Below, in pieces: positions 1 through 9,389 of a stretch of 64,000 nt of DNA. The stretch is from contig JBFWNL010000001.1 of assembly GCA_050251055.1 (NCBI GenBank), forward strand, positions 427,825 to 491,824, read 5' to 3'. This DNA comes from Bacteriovoracia bacterium (lineage in GTDB: Bacteria; Bdellovibrionota; UBA1018; JBFWNL01). The first letter of the stretch is position 1. The number at the start of each line of letters is the position of its first letter. The position numbers were made by a program, and so were the translations under genes. The notes below the pieces were generated by a model, which saw nothing but the letters and a program-made list of their open reading frames with translations, did not search any database and had not been told where the DNA came from.

Positions 1-534
1 TTGCGTCCAGGCAAGATCACGGTGGACGAACTACGCGAAGTCCTCGCCGAAAAGCTAGCCACGTCCGACCCATTACGGGTCGCGGCACCGCAGGAAATGA
101 CCTCGCATGCTCCCGGCCGCCAAGAGCGCCACTACGCGCCGGCCAAACCCTGTTTCTTACTGCCCGAGACCGTTTCCAAGCTCAAACCGGACCACCTCGA
201 GCGCATGCGTTTGATCACCCAGGAGATCGCGCAACCAGCGGGCGGGGAATTCGCCAATTCACCCGGCAAGGTGGGGCTACTGATCTTCCGGGGACGCGCC
301 GACACCGCCGCGCGGGCGTTTACCCAAGCGCTTGGACTCGAGACCGAGTGCGTTTCGCTCAGCAAGATGGGCAACGAAGTCGAAGCTGCCTCCCGCCTCT
401 TCCGAGAACTGCGGCGTTTGGACCAAAGTTCGGTGGACGCGATATTCTGCGAGCCGCCGCCTTCCGCCGAGGGGCTCTGGCACGCGATCTCCGACCGCAT
501 CGCGCGCGCCACCCGGCCCGTAATGGAGCCCTAA
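1..534 (+). CDS. sua5: L-threonylcarbamoyladenylate synthase Sua5, C-terminal part (5' truncated by window edge)
   Basis: RPGxIT, APGxxxxHYAP linker and SUA5-domain motif AAxRLFxELRRLD...GLxxAIxDRIxRA. Confidence 0.85.
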   Translation: MRPGKITVDELREVLAEKLATSDPLRVAAPQEMTSHAPGRQERHYAPAKPCFLLPETVSKLKPDHLERMRLITQEIAQPAGGEFANSPGKVGLLIFRGRADTAARAFTQALGLETECVSLSKMGNEVEAASRLFRELRRLDQSSVDAIFCEPPPSAEGLWHAISDRIARATRPVMEP

Positions 535-539
535 ACTCA

Positions 540-1424
540 ATGCCGACGGTGCAATCCGGCCGCACGACCATTCATTTCACCGAAGCCCTCGCCGCGCATA
601 GCGAGATGTCCATTAGCGCTTGCGTGAAACTCATGCGCGAGCAAGGCGTGGGCTCGCTCTTGATCGTGAACGCCGCCAAGCGCAACGAGCTGGTGGGGAT
701 CTTCACCGAACGTGATCTGCTGACGAAGATCGAGGTCATTGAATCGGGAAATTTTTGGGGCCGCCCCATCCGGACGGTCATGACCAAGCCGGTGAAGAGC
801 CTCAAGGTGTCCGAGATCCACAAGGCCGCGCAGCTGATGCTCAAGCACGGGTTCCGCCATGTCCCCATCGTCGACGACGACCCCGAGCAGCTCAAGCAGC
901 TCGTGGGAGTGGTTTCCATGCGTGACCTGTTCCAGGGACTGCTCACCGAGGCGCAGTTCCAGGACTCGAGCTTTGCCATTCGCAAGGCGCGTAAACTCTC
1001 CACCTTGGAAACCAGCCTGGCGATTCTTTCCGGCGACGTGTCCTTCGTCAGCCTGATTAAACACGGCCTCAAAAGCTTTTCGCGCATCGACATCGTGCCG
1101 TTTGCGCCGAAGGAGCTCCCCGATCGACTGGGTCGGCAAGACCGACTTTTCCAGTTTTCCGGCATTGTGCTCGACATCGACCACTACGAAAAGAGTCAAT
1201 GGCAGAAGTTCCTCCAAGCGATGAATGCTGCGCCGAAGGCCCCGTTCGTGATGGTGGTCTTCGAGAGTGCCCGCCACGACGAGTTAACGCACCGATTACT
1301 GGAAAAGCTAGCGCACGGGCAGCACTTTGCGATATTCGAAAAACCCGTGTCCGCCTTCGCGATGCTCAGCCGCCTAGCCAGCGCTTTGAGCGAAGGGGTT
1401 TCCGAAACCGGGGAGAAGACGTAA
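540..1424 (+). CDS. CBS-pair protein with C-terminal receiver-like domain
   Basis: CBS motifs GIFTERDLL and FRHVPIVD...VGVVSMRDL; C-terminal alpha/beta region with GIVLD and KP reminiscent of REC; ATG at 540 just after the sua5 stop. Confidence 0.75.
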   Translation: MPTVQSGRTTIHFTEALAAHSEMSISACVKLMREQGVGSLLIVNAAKRNELVGIFTERDLLTKIEVIESGNFWGRPIRTVMTKPVKSLKVSEIHKAAQLMLKHGFRHVPIVDDDPEQLKQLVGVVSMRDLFQGLLTEAQFQDSSFAIRKARKLSTLETSLAILSGDVSFVSLIKHGLKSFSRIDIVPFAPKELPDRLGRQDRLFQFSGIVLDIDHYEKSQWQKFLQAMNAAPKAPFVMVVFESARHDELTHRLLEKLAHGQHFAIFEKPVSAFAMLSRLASALSEGVSETGEKT

Positions 1425-1433
1425 GGAGAATCC

Positions 1434-2687
1434 ATGCTCGCTCGTATTGGCGCAGTACTGTTAGCAGCTTCCGTTACGCTCGCGTCTACCGCGCAGGCGA
1501 AGGTCCCGCGCCAGAAAACACCGATGGCTCCCTCGGCCGCGCCGATACACGCCCCGTTCACCCAATCGGTGGATCTACACTCGCACACCTTCATGGATCG
1601 CGCGATGGCGTCGTGGGCGTTTCATGGCGAATTCAACGGCCCAATCGAGGCCACAAGCTGGAAGCATCGCTACCGCTCGCAGATCAATCCCGAAACCATC
1701 GGGCAGTCCGGGCTCGCCGTTTCGGTGGTCGCCCTTTATGGCCATCGTCTTTTCCACTGGGATCTGCGAGAAGCCGTCCGCCGACAGATCGCCGACGCCG
1801 AAGCGTTCGTGAAGACAAACCCCGAGTGGGTTATCGCCAAGACTCCCATGGACGCAGAAACGGCGCTCGCCACGGGTAAACGCATGCTGGTTTTCTCGCT
1901 CGAAGGCGCCGACGGGATACTCGAGAACGAAGCCGACCTCGTGGAATTCGTCGACCAGAAGGGACTGCGCATCGTCACCCCGCTTCACCTAACCGACGAC
2001 CAGTACGGCGGAGTCGCCTTTCTGCGCGGCATTTTAGTCCTTGCCTCGCCGTGGGCATTCATTAAATCCCTCTTCAGTCCCATCTACGCGGACGGCGTGC
2101 GCGTGAACCCCAATGGCCTCAGCGAACGGGGCCAGTGGCTGATCAATGCCCTCCTCAAACACCAAGTTTGGGTCGACCTATCCCACGCTTCCGACGCCGC
2201 CCAACGGGAAATCGTGCCGATGCTAAAAGCCGCGAAGCAGCCGATTCTCTACACGCACACGATGTTGCGCGCCTATCACGGCGCCGAACGCGGTATCACC
2301 ACGGCCCAGCTACAGGATGTCGCCTACTCGGGAGGCATCGTCGGCATCATGCCCAGCCATATGATGATGGAAGGCACGCCGCTTCCCGAGGGCAGAGCAC
2401 CCGAATGCGACGGCCACATTCCCGCGCTCGCTAAGCAGTATAATGAAATGATCGATATCGTCGGACCCGCCAGTGTCATGTTCGGCACGGATTTCAACGG
2501 CGGAGTGACCCGCTTCAGCAAAGACTGCCCCACGCATTCGCGGCTGGATGAAACCGGCTACGTGCATGCCGCCCATCTCCCCTTTGTCTGGGAAGCCTTG
2601 GCGAAGAACGGTGGCCGCACGCCCCCCGACCTACAGGTCACCGCGCGGCGGTTTGTGGACGCTTGGCAAGCGGCTTACCGGCGCTAA
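1434..2687 (+). CDS. Exported membrane dipeptidase (peptidase M19, amidohydrolase fold)
   Basis: Signal peptide; DLHSH, SLEGA, VDLSHAS, YTH and GTDFNG motifs; AAGGAG RBS. Confidence 0.85.
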   Translation: MLARIGAVLLAASVTLASTAQAKVPRQKTPMAPSAAPIHAPFTQSVDLHSHTFMDRAMASWAFHGEFNGPIEATSWKHRYRSQINPETIGQSGLAVSVVALYGHRLFHWDLREAVRRQIADAEAFVKTNPEWVIAKTPMDAETALATGKRMLVFSLEGADGILENEADLVEFVDQKGLRIVTPLHLTDDQYGGVAFLRGILVLASPWAFIKSLFSPIYADGVRVNPNGLSERGQWLINALLKHQVWVDLSHASDAAQREIVPMLKAAKQPILYTHTMLRAYHGAERGITTAQLQDVAYSGGIVGIMPSHMMMEGTPLPEGRAPECDGHIPALAKQYNEMIDIVGPASVMFGTDFNGGVTRFSKDCPTHSRLDETGYVHAAHLPFVWEALAKNGGRTPPDLQVTARRFVDAWQAAYRR

Positions 2688-2696
2688 GAAAACCGG

Positions 2697-2735
2697 TAAA
2701 AACACAAAGGCCCGGACGCGCTCTCCGCCCGGGCC
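2697..2735 (-). terminator. Intrinsic terminator between convergent genes
   Basis: GGCCCGG/CCGGGCC stem (2709-2735) followed on the minus strand by TTTGTGTTTTT. Confidence 0.6.
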
Positions 2736-2829
2736 CCTTCGCAGTTCGGATAACGAGATCTCGTTTCCGCTTGGACAGAACTTTTACAATTTTCTTCGAA
2801 AACTAGTCTGCTGGTGTGGGAGCCGGCCG

Positions 2830-3198
2830 TTAACGGCGGGTCGCGCGCAATTTCTTGCGCAGCTGCACGCGCTCACGAAGCGCCACCTGGCTGGGCTCCT
2901 GGCCCGAGCGGCGATATTTCGCGCGCGAGACACGATCCACGGCCCGCTTGAGCTTCGGATTTTTGTAGATCGAAGGCAGATGATTCTCCACGTAACGGGA
3001 TTCAAGCTGTGCCAGGCGCATGATATCGCCTTCGAAGTCGAGGTCCGCTTCCTTGGAGATTTTAATTTCGGAGAGCTTTTGATAAATCGCGGTGTCGTCC
3101 TGAATCTTCGAGGGGATCGCCGCTTGCGCGTCCACCGGCGAACCCGCCGACATCAACAACGCGAACAAAAAGAAAGCTCCCGATTTCGGGTTCAACAT
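2830..3198 (-). CDS. Small secreted hypothetical protein with basic C-terminus
   Basis: AAGGAG RBS before ATG 3198; signal peptide ending ...VDAQA; ends RKKLRATRR. Confidence 0.7.
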   Translation of the reverse strand: MLNPKSGAFFLFALLMSAGSPVDAQAAIPSKIQDDTAIYQKLSEIKISKEADLDFEGDIMRLAQLESRYVENHLPSIYKNPKLKRAVDRVSRAKYRRSGQEPSQVALRERVQLRKKLRATRR

Positions 3199-3307
3199 GA
3201 AATTCTCCTTCATCGCCGTAGCGTGAGATCGCACTACAACACACTTAAACGCTTCCGTACAGGGCCCGCCAAGGGCCCGGGAATGGCGTCCAGTCGCGCA
3301 GCCTAAG

Positions 3308-3323
3308 AGCAATTCGAGTGCCA
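3308..3323 (-). promoter_or_regulatory. Sigma54 (-24/-12) promoter
   Basis: TGGCACTCGAATTGCT matches TGGCAC-N5-TTGC with exact GG-N10-GC spacing, pointing at the 2830..3198 gene. Confidence 0.75.
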
Positions 3324-3334
3324 AGCCCACCTTG

Positions 3335-3456
3335 TTCTGTGGACAGAATTACATAATAATATCAAAAGGATGGTGCACTATGACACCATGCGTTCTGTTT
3401 ATGAAATAGGCAACGCGGGACAGAATCTACAAAACCCCCCCGCCCAGTGGGACAGA
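3335..3456. promoter_or_regulatory. Repeated GGACAGAA/TTCTGT motifs and IHF-like site (candidate enhancer region)
   Basis: Palindrome TTCTGT-GG-ACAGAA 3335-3348; half sites at 3393, 3418 and 3450; IHF-like TATCAA-AAGG-ATG at 3360-3372. Confidence 0.45.
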
Positions 3457-3508
3457 TCCGGCCGGAGTAGATCTTTGCCAGCGTTTCCGCTAGTGTGTCG
3501 GATTACCC

Positions 3509-6439
3509 ATGACCTCAACTCCTCCCTCGTTCTCTGGCCTGAGCATCAAGAAGCCGCAAGGCATCCGTCTCACCGGAGCTCGCCAAAATAACTTAAAGAG
3601 CATCCGCGTGGAGATCCCCACGCGCGCGCTCACGGTCGTGACCGGAGTTTCCGGATCCGGCAAGAGCTCGCTTGCTTTCGACACCCTCTATGCCGAAGGG
3701 CAGCGGCGCTACATCGAGAGCCTTTCCACCTACACCCGCCAGTTCCTCGAAAAAATGCCAAAGCCCGAGTACGACACGCTGGAGAATATCCCGCCGTCCA
3801 TCGCGCTCGAGCAGCGCAACCAAATCGTGAACTCGCGAAGCACGGTCGGTACCCAAACGGAGATCGTGGATTACCTGCGTATCCTCTTCGCCAAGATCGG
3901 CCATACCTACTGCAAGGAGTGCGGCAAGGAAGTGCGCAAAACCAGCCCCGAACAGCTTTTCGCCGCTGCCTCCGAGTGGTTCCGGGGCCGTAAGGGTGCG
4001 ATCACGGCTCCGCTTCCTCCGCCCTCGGAGAAAACCAAGGCCGTGGCAGGAGTGCTGAAGTCCTACCGCGAACAAGGCTTCCGCCGGGTGCTTTGGCAGC
4101 AAACCGCGAAGAAGCACCAGGTTCTCGACCTCGACGAGCTGGGCAATGCGGATTTTCCGAAGATCCCGCTCACGGCGTTGTCGAAGGGACAAATTTATCT
4201 TATCGTCGACCGCCTAAAGCTGGAGGGCGAAGGTACCGCCCCCGTAGACCCCGAAATGCGCACACGCATGCTTGACTCGATCGGGCAAGCCATCTTGCTC
4301 GGACGCGACCAGATCGCTTATTTCGATCTCGACAGCTTCGCCTCGAAACACTTCAAAACCCAGTTTGCCTGCGTCGGCTGCGGAACCCCCGCGCGGCTGC
4401 CCGAACCCCAAATGTTTTCGTTCAACAGCCCCTTGGGTGCGTGCGAGCGCTGCAGCGGCTTCGGTTTCACGTTGGATCTTGACGAAACGCTCATCGTACC
4501 GGATCCCTCCAAAACCCTGAAAAACGGCGCGATCGACCCGTTCGCCAAACCCTCGCTCGAGGAATGGCAGTCCGACATGTTCCGCTTCTGTGAACGCCAC
4601 GGCATATCCGTGGGCAAGCGCTACCGGGAACTCACGGCCGCCCAGCGCAAGCTCATCTGGGAGGGCGACCCCAAGGACAAGACTTTTCCGGGCATCATCG
4701 CTTGCTTCGAATACATGGCGCGCAAGAAGTACAAGCTGCATGTACGCGTCTTCATCCGTCGCTACCAGAGCCAGACCCTCTGCCCCCAATGCAAAGGCGC
4801 TCGCCTCAAACCCGAAGCCTTGCTCGTAAGGATCGGGAAAAAGCATATCGGCGAAGTGCTGGCCCTCAACATCTACGACGCTCGAGACTGGTTCCAGTCC
4901 CTCGATCTTCCGCCCTTCGAAGCAAAAATCGCCGAAGAGGTCCTGAGCCAAGTCACGAAACGCCTACAGTTCCTGGACGCCGTTGGGGTAGGCTACCTCA
5001 CGCTGAATCGCCTAGCGAAAACACTCTCAGGCGGCGAATATCAGCGCATCAACTTGGCTACCCAGCTCGGCAACGGCCTTTGCGGGACGCTTTACGTATT
5101 GGATGAGCCTTCTATCGGGCTGCACGCGGCCGACACCGACCGCTTGATCGGCGTGCTCCAAGATCTGCGCAACCAAGGCAATACCGTGGTCGTCGTCGAA
5201 CACGATCTCGAGGTGATGAAGGCGGCCGACTGGCTCATTGAGCTCGGCCCCGGCGCCGGTCGACGTGGCGGCGAGCTGATGGCCCAGGGCACTTCCCAGA
5301 GCCTTCAGACCCAACCCGGCTCGCTGACGGGAAAGTACCTGAGCGGCGACATGTCGCTGCTGCGCACACGGCCGCGGCGCTCGCTCAATCGCGCAAAGCA
5401 TCTAGTGATCACGGGCTGTGCCGAGAACAATTTGAAGAGTCTCACCGCCGAGTTCCCGCTGGAACGATTCGTGGTCGTCACCGGCGTCTCAGGCTCGGGC
5501 AAGAGCACGCTCGTGCACAAGACACTTTATCAGGCCTTGCAGCAAATCTTCAGCCCGCTCGAAGTGAGCGGCAAGAACGACCCGGGCGCCTACGATAAGC
5601 TTTACGGGGAAGACCACCTGCGCGGGGTGGTGTTGCTCGACCAAAAACCCATCGGTAAGAGTTCACGCTCCAACCCCGCCACTTATATGAAGGCGTGGGA
5701 CGAAGTGAGGCGCATCTACGCCAACCAGGTTGTGGCGCTCCGACGCGGCTACACGCCCCAGCATTTCTCCTTCAACGTCGACGGCGGCCGCTGCCCCGTC
5801 TGCAAGGGCGAGGGCGAGATCACGCTCGACATGCACTTCATGGCCGAGGTGAAGGTCCCGTGCGAAGAGTGCGATGGCAAACGCTTCAAGAAGAACGTGC
5901 TCGAAATCACTTACCGCGGCAAGAACATCCACCAGCTGCTGAACACTACAATCGACGAGTCCTACGATCTGTTCCGCGACAATCCGGTGCTCGCGCGCAA
6001 ACTAGGCACCCTCCGCGACGTGGGGCTGGGATATTTGATGCTCGGTCAGTCCGCGACCACCCTTTCGGGAGGCGAGTCCCAGCGCCTGAAAATCGCCTCG
6101 GCACTCGACGACCGGGCGGGCGAAAACCTACTCTATCTCTTCGACGAGCCAACGACGGGACTCCACCTAGAGGACATCAAGAAACTGCTAGACGTCATCC
6201 AGGATCTCGTGAGCTCGCGCAACAGTGTGATCATGATTGAGCATCAGCTCGACGTCATCGCCCAGGCCGACTGGGTGATCGACCTCGGCCCCGGGGGAGG
6301 CACCGCCGGTGGCAAGATCGTCGCGACGGGTTCACCCGACCAGCTCGTGAAGAACCCCGAGTCCATTACTGGCCAGATGCTGGCCAAGTGCGGATACGAG
6401 TTTCCGGCCGACGAGGCACGGGAGTCGCTCCTCTCCTAA
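3509..6439 (+). CDS. uvrA: Excinuclease ABC subunit UvrA
   Basis: Two GVSGSGKS Walker A motifs, LSGGE signatures, DEPS/DEPT Walker B, Zn-finger CxxC pairs, FSFN motifs. Confidence 0.97.
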   Translation: MTSTPPSFSGLSIKKPQGIRLTGARQNNLKSIRVEIPTRALTVVTGVSGSGKSSLAFDTLYAEGQRRYIESLSTYTRQFLEKMPKPEYDTLENIPPSIALEQRNQIVNSRSTVGTQTEIVDYLRILFAKIGHTYCKECGKEVRKTSPEQLFAAASEWFRGRKGAITAPLPPPSEKTKAVAGVLKSYREQGFRRVLWQQTAKKHQVLDLDELGNADFPKIPLTALSKGQIYLIVDRLKLEGEGTAPVDPEMRTRMLDSIGQAILLGRDQIAYFDLDSFASKHFKTQFACVGCGTPARLPEPQMFSFNSPLGACERCSGFGFTLDLDETLIVPDPSKTLKNGAIDPFAKPSLEEWQSDMFRFCERHGISVGKRYRELTAAQRKLIWEGDPKDKTFPGIIACFEYMARKKYKLHVRVFIRRYQSQTLCPQCKGARLKPEALLVRIGKKHIGEVLALNIYDARDWFQSLDLPPFEAKIAEEVLSQVTKRLQFLDAVGVGYLTLNRLAKTLSGGEYQRINLATQLGNGLCGTLYVLDEPSIGLHAADTDRLIGVLQDLRNQGNTVVVVEHDLEVMKAADWLIELGPGAGRRGGELMAQGTSQSLQTQPGSLTGKYLSGDMSLLRTRPRRSLNRAKHLVITGCAENNLKSLTAEFPLERFVVVTGVSGSGKSTLVHKTLYQALQQIFSPLEVSGKNDPGAYDKLYGEDHLRGVVLLDQKPIGKSSRSNPATYMKAWDEVRRIYANQVVALRRGYTPQHFSFNVDGGRCPVCKGEGEITLDMHFMAEVKVPCEECDGKRFKKNVLEITYRGKNIHQLLNTTIDESYDLFRDNPVLARKLGTLRDVGLGYLMLGQSATTLSGGESQRLKIASALDDRAGENLLYLFDEPTTGLHLEDIKKLLDVIQDLVSSRNSVIMIEHQLDVIAQADWVIDLGPGGGTAGGKIVATGSPDQLVKNPESITGQMLAKCGYEFPADEARESLLS

Positions 6440-6442
6440 ATG

Positions 6443-6489
6443 AAAGAGCCCGCTCCCCTCGCATAAGCGAAGAAAGCGGGCCCTTTTTT
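6443..6489 (+). terminator. Intrinsic terminator after uvrA, probably bidirectional
   Basis: GCCCGCT/AGCGGGC stem followed by TTTTTT; lies between convergent genes. Confidence 0.7.
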
Positions 6490-6510
6490 ACTTATTAAGC
6501 CAGAATTGCC

Positions 6511-7008
6511 TTAGTAACCGATCAGCTTCGGCTCTTCCATCGCCTTCAGACCGATGTAACTATAAGGCACGCCGCCGGTGCGGGCCGGATCGGTGATCCG
6601 GGCGCCGGCTTGCAGCGTGACTTGAATGCGGGAGCCGGCGAAGTTATCCCAATCGGCCGAATCACGATCGAGCGGATAAAACGGGTTGGCCAAGCGGCGC
6701 TGGTTTGCCAGCCAAGGGTGCACGTTCAGATCGACCTGGAAATACGGCTTGCCCCCGCGATAAACGACCTTGCCCTGAAGGACATAGTATTCTCCGTCCG
6801 CGAGCTCCGTCCGAAGATTCGCCGTCTTATAAGGCACCGGAATTTCCCCGCCCAACTTCTGGTCGCGGCGTGCATCCCCTCTCGGAGGCTTAGCGTCGAG
6901 ATCCCGCGGCTCCGAACCCACGGCGAAGTTGACGCTCAACGCGAGCACGAAGCCCGTCATCAGCAGCCCTACGGCTTTCCGCTTTTGCGTATTCCTGAAA
7001 TTCATCAT
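6511..7008 (-). CDS. Exported hypothetical protein, beta-rich (possibly OB-fold) C-terminal domain
   Basis: Basic plus hydrophobic N-terminal signal; ATGA overlap with upstream regulator gene. Confidence 0.7.
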   Translation of the reverse strand: MMNFRNTQKRKAVGLLMTGFVLALSVNFAVGSEPRDLDAKPPRGDARRDQKLGGEIPVPYKTANLRTELADGEYYVLQGKVVYRGGKPYFQVDLNVHPWLANQRRLANPFYPLDRDSADWDNFAGSRIQVTLQAGARITDPARTGGVPYSYIGLKAMEEPKLIGY

Positions 7009-8276
7009 TTATTCTCCACCCCTTCTACTAATTCGGCGGCTTCACCTTCGTGGTCCACCCATTGCACCCTCAATCCCGGCGCCAAACGGTAGCCTTCCTT
7101 CCAGTTGAGGAGGTACTGTGGCTGACGGGCATCCGGCTCGATCAATTTACGCAGCCGGTTGATGTTGTAATACAGCTTATTGTCGTGCGCTTCTGGACGA
7201 TAACGCTCATGCCAGACTTTCTGAATGATCTGGGCTTTGGAGAGGCCTCGCGTCGGATCGTCCTGCTGCCGATTATGCGCGTCCAAGAGCGCCTTCAGGA
7301 TATCAAGTAGGACATACTGCTTGCGCAGGGAAATCTCCTGATTCTCCCGGGTTTTGATAACACCGCGACGACCATCCACCAAAAGATCGACCGCGCTCTT
7401 CTGCAGGCGCTTACGTTCGAGCGCCAGTTCGCGGCGAAGCACGCCGAACTCGGGCATGGAAGCGGCCTTTTCAATGAGATCGAGGTAGAAGTTAGCCTGG
7501 CGATAATCCTGCTGCTGGCGTGCCACCCGTGCGTATCCGTAAAGCACGTAGAGATGGTGGTACCAGTTATGCTCCTCGAGGAACACGGCATGCGCTTTTT
7601 GGTACCAATCCATCGCGGTCTTATAATCCTGGCGGCGCTCCGCGAGATTGCCGAGCACGAGATAAACCGTGCCGTTGATGCCGCGCAGGCGCATCTTTTC
7701 ATAGTTCTCTAGCAAACGCTCCGCGAGCCATTGGGCGCGGCGAACGAGCCCCCGTTGCTGGAAAGCATTGGCCAGCATGATGTACGCCCGCGCCACCGAT
7801 TGATGATACTCATCTTCCGGCAACATCTGGTCCTGGCGAACCGCGCGCAAATATCGATGGAACTCACGCTGGGATTGCTTCCACTCTTTTCGGTAGCTCG
7901 CGGCCGCTCCCCGGCAGTACCAGACCTTCGAAGGCATCCGGTCGGGGTTTTCACGCATGAACTTCTCGAGCTCCGCGCTCCAGTAGTTCACGGCGCTTTC
8001 ATCCAACGCTTCGCCGCTAAAGCGCAAGATACCCACGAGCGCCTCACCCAATCCGCGCGGGTCGTTTTCCTTCTTTGCAAAAAAATAGGCCAGCAAGAAC
8101 GCTTCCTGCGCCTGTTTCAACTCGCACTTCTCCATGCGTAGGTGCGCGATCTTCAACCAACCCGCGCTACCTTCCGGGTTGGACTCGAGGCTGCGCGCAG
8201 CCAGGGCTTCGAGAAAGTTTTCCGGGTACGGAGATTCGATGGAGGTTTCAGCCGTGGTCACTTTGAACTCGCTCAT
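7005..8276 (-). CDS. TPR-repeat protein with C-terminal OmpR/PhoB-type winged helix-turn-helix domain
   Basis: Helical TPR-like repeats (LGNLAERRQDYKTAMDWYQKA); wHTH motif LSKAQIIQKVW...INRLRKLIEPD...P.YL...GYRL. Confidence 0.85.
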   Translation of the reverse strand: MSEFKVTTAETSIESPYPENFLEALAARSLESNPEGSAGWLKIAHLRMEKCELKQAQEAFLLAYFFAKKENDPRGLGEALVGILRFSGEALDESAVNYWSAELEKFMRENPDRMPSKVWYCRGAAASYRKEWKQSQREFHRYLRAVRQDQMLPEDEYHQSVARAYIMLANAFQQRGLVRRAQWLAERLLENYEKMRLRGINGTVYLVLGNLAERRQDYKTAMDWYQKAHAVFLEEHNWYHHLYVLYGYARVARQQQDYRQANFYLDLIEKAASMPEFGVLRRELALERKRLQKSAVDLLVDGRRGVIKTRENQEISLRKQYVLLDILKALLDAHNRQQDDPTRGLSKAQIIQKVWHERYRPEAHDNKLYYNINRLRKLIEPDARQPQYLLNWKEGYRLAPGLRVQWVDHEGEAAELVEGVENK

Positions 8277-8380
8277 TTGCGTTTTTCACATCCGCTTTTT
8301 TTCAACTCAGCTACTGCGTTGGTTCCGATTTGTTTGGGAGGTGGTATAGTATTCAAAGAAGACGAAAGGTCAAGTCGACG

Positions 8381-9229
8381 ATGATCTTGCACGCACAAAA
8401 TTGGGGCCCAAAGAATGCGAATGCCGGTGATAGCAATCACGATGCCAATCACGCGAAAAAAAATCGCATCGTGCTTCTGCATGGAATGGGTGGCACCGGT
8501 GGCATCTGGCGACCGGTTGCCGCGGTGCTTGAAGATGCGTTCGAAATTTTAGCGCCCGATCAGCGTGGACACGGCAAGAGTCGGCTTGACAATTCACGCG
8601 GGGATTTTTCTCCAATGAATTACGGTAGAGACGTCGTGGATACAATGGATGCGCGTGACTTTCATCCCGCCGTGCTCGTGGGCCACTCGATGGGCGTGCG
8701 CACGGCTTGTGCCGTCGCGCACCTCCAACCCCAATGGGTAGCGGGTCTCGTGCTCATCGATCTTGGACTCTCTGGGCCAGCGGGGGGCGGCATCGGCGAT
8801 TCACTCTCGAGCTTCATCGGCGATCTCGCTCTCGAATACCCCGATCGTGCGGCGGCGCGCGCATTCCTGGACGCACGCTGTCCTGACCCATCTATTGCAC
8901 AGTATCTACTCGCTGTGTCGATTACGAATTTAAGTACAGGCAAGGTGACGTTTCCCTTTGATTCGGAGGCACTCCTAAAGACGATCGACGCCGCCAAGCA
9001 CGCCGACCTGCGTCCTTGGATTCAAGAAGCGGCGCAGCGTGGGACCCGGATCCTTATGCTCCGCGGCGAAAGGAGCCTCGTCTGGAAACGTTCGGACTTC
9101 GAAAGGGAGCGAGAAAGCTTTGCTCACTTCTCTTCGATTCAATGGATCGAAATTCCGGGTACCGGCCATGGCCTTCCGTTCGAAAAGCGCCAAGAGCTTG
9201 CCACCCTCCTCCGTACGCAGTTCAGCTAG
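8381..9229 (+). CDS. Alpha/beta hydrolase
   Basis: VLLHG, PDQRGHGKS, nucleophile elbow GHSMG, C-terminal GH. Confidence 0.92.
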   Translation: MILHAQNWGPKNANAGDSNHDANHAKKNRIVLLHGMGGTGGIWRPVAAVLEDAFEILAPDQRGHGKSRLDNSRGDFSPMNYGRDVVDTMDARDFHPAVLVGHSMGVRTACAVAHLQPQWVAGLVLIDLGLSGPAGGGIGDSLSSFIGDLALEYPDRAAARAFLDARCPDPSIAQYLLAVSITNLSTGKVTFPFDSEALLKTIDAAKHADLRPWIQEAAQRGTRILMLRGERSLVWKRSDFERERESFAHFSSIQWIEIPGTGHGLPFEKRQELATLLRTQFS

Positions 9230-9328
9230 TAGTTCTCCGTAGTTAGCTCAACCACGCAGAAGCAATCCAAAGAAACAACGCAACGCGCTAACATCATGAT
9301 ATAATTTAAACTTCAGCCAAAGGCGGGC

Positions 9329-9356
9329 AGAAGTTTTGTACTCATTTTGCCGATAG
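9329..9356 (+). promoter_or_regulatory. Candidate sigma28 (FliA) promoter of the giant secreted protein gene
   Basis: AGAAG-N15-GCCGATAG, compared with consensus TAAA-N15-GCCGATAA; 34 nt before ATG. Confidence 0.45.
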
Positions 9357-9389
9357 ATCCGATGGAGGGGGACCGCTCACATCACCACT

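Noticed and set aside
348-539. Upstream extension of the CBS ORF
   Set aside because: It overlaps sua5 in another frame; ATG 540 is the more plausible start
2548-3306. 252-aa plus-strand ORF
   Set aside because: It overlaps the dipeptidase end, a terminator and the better-supported minus-strand gene, which has an RBS, a signal peptide and a sigma54 promoter
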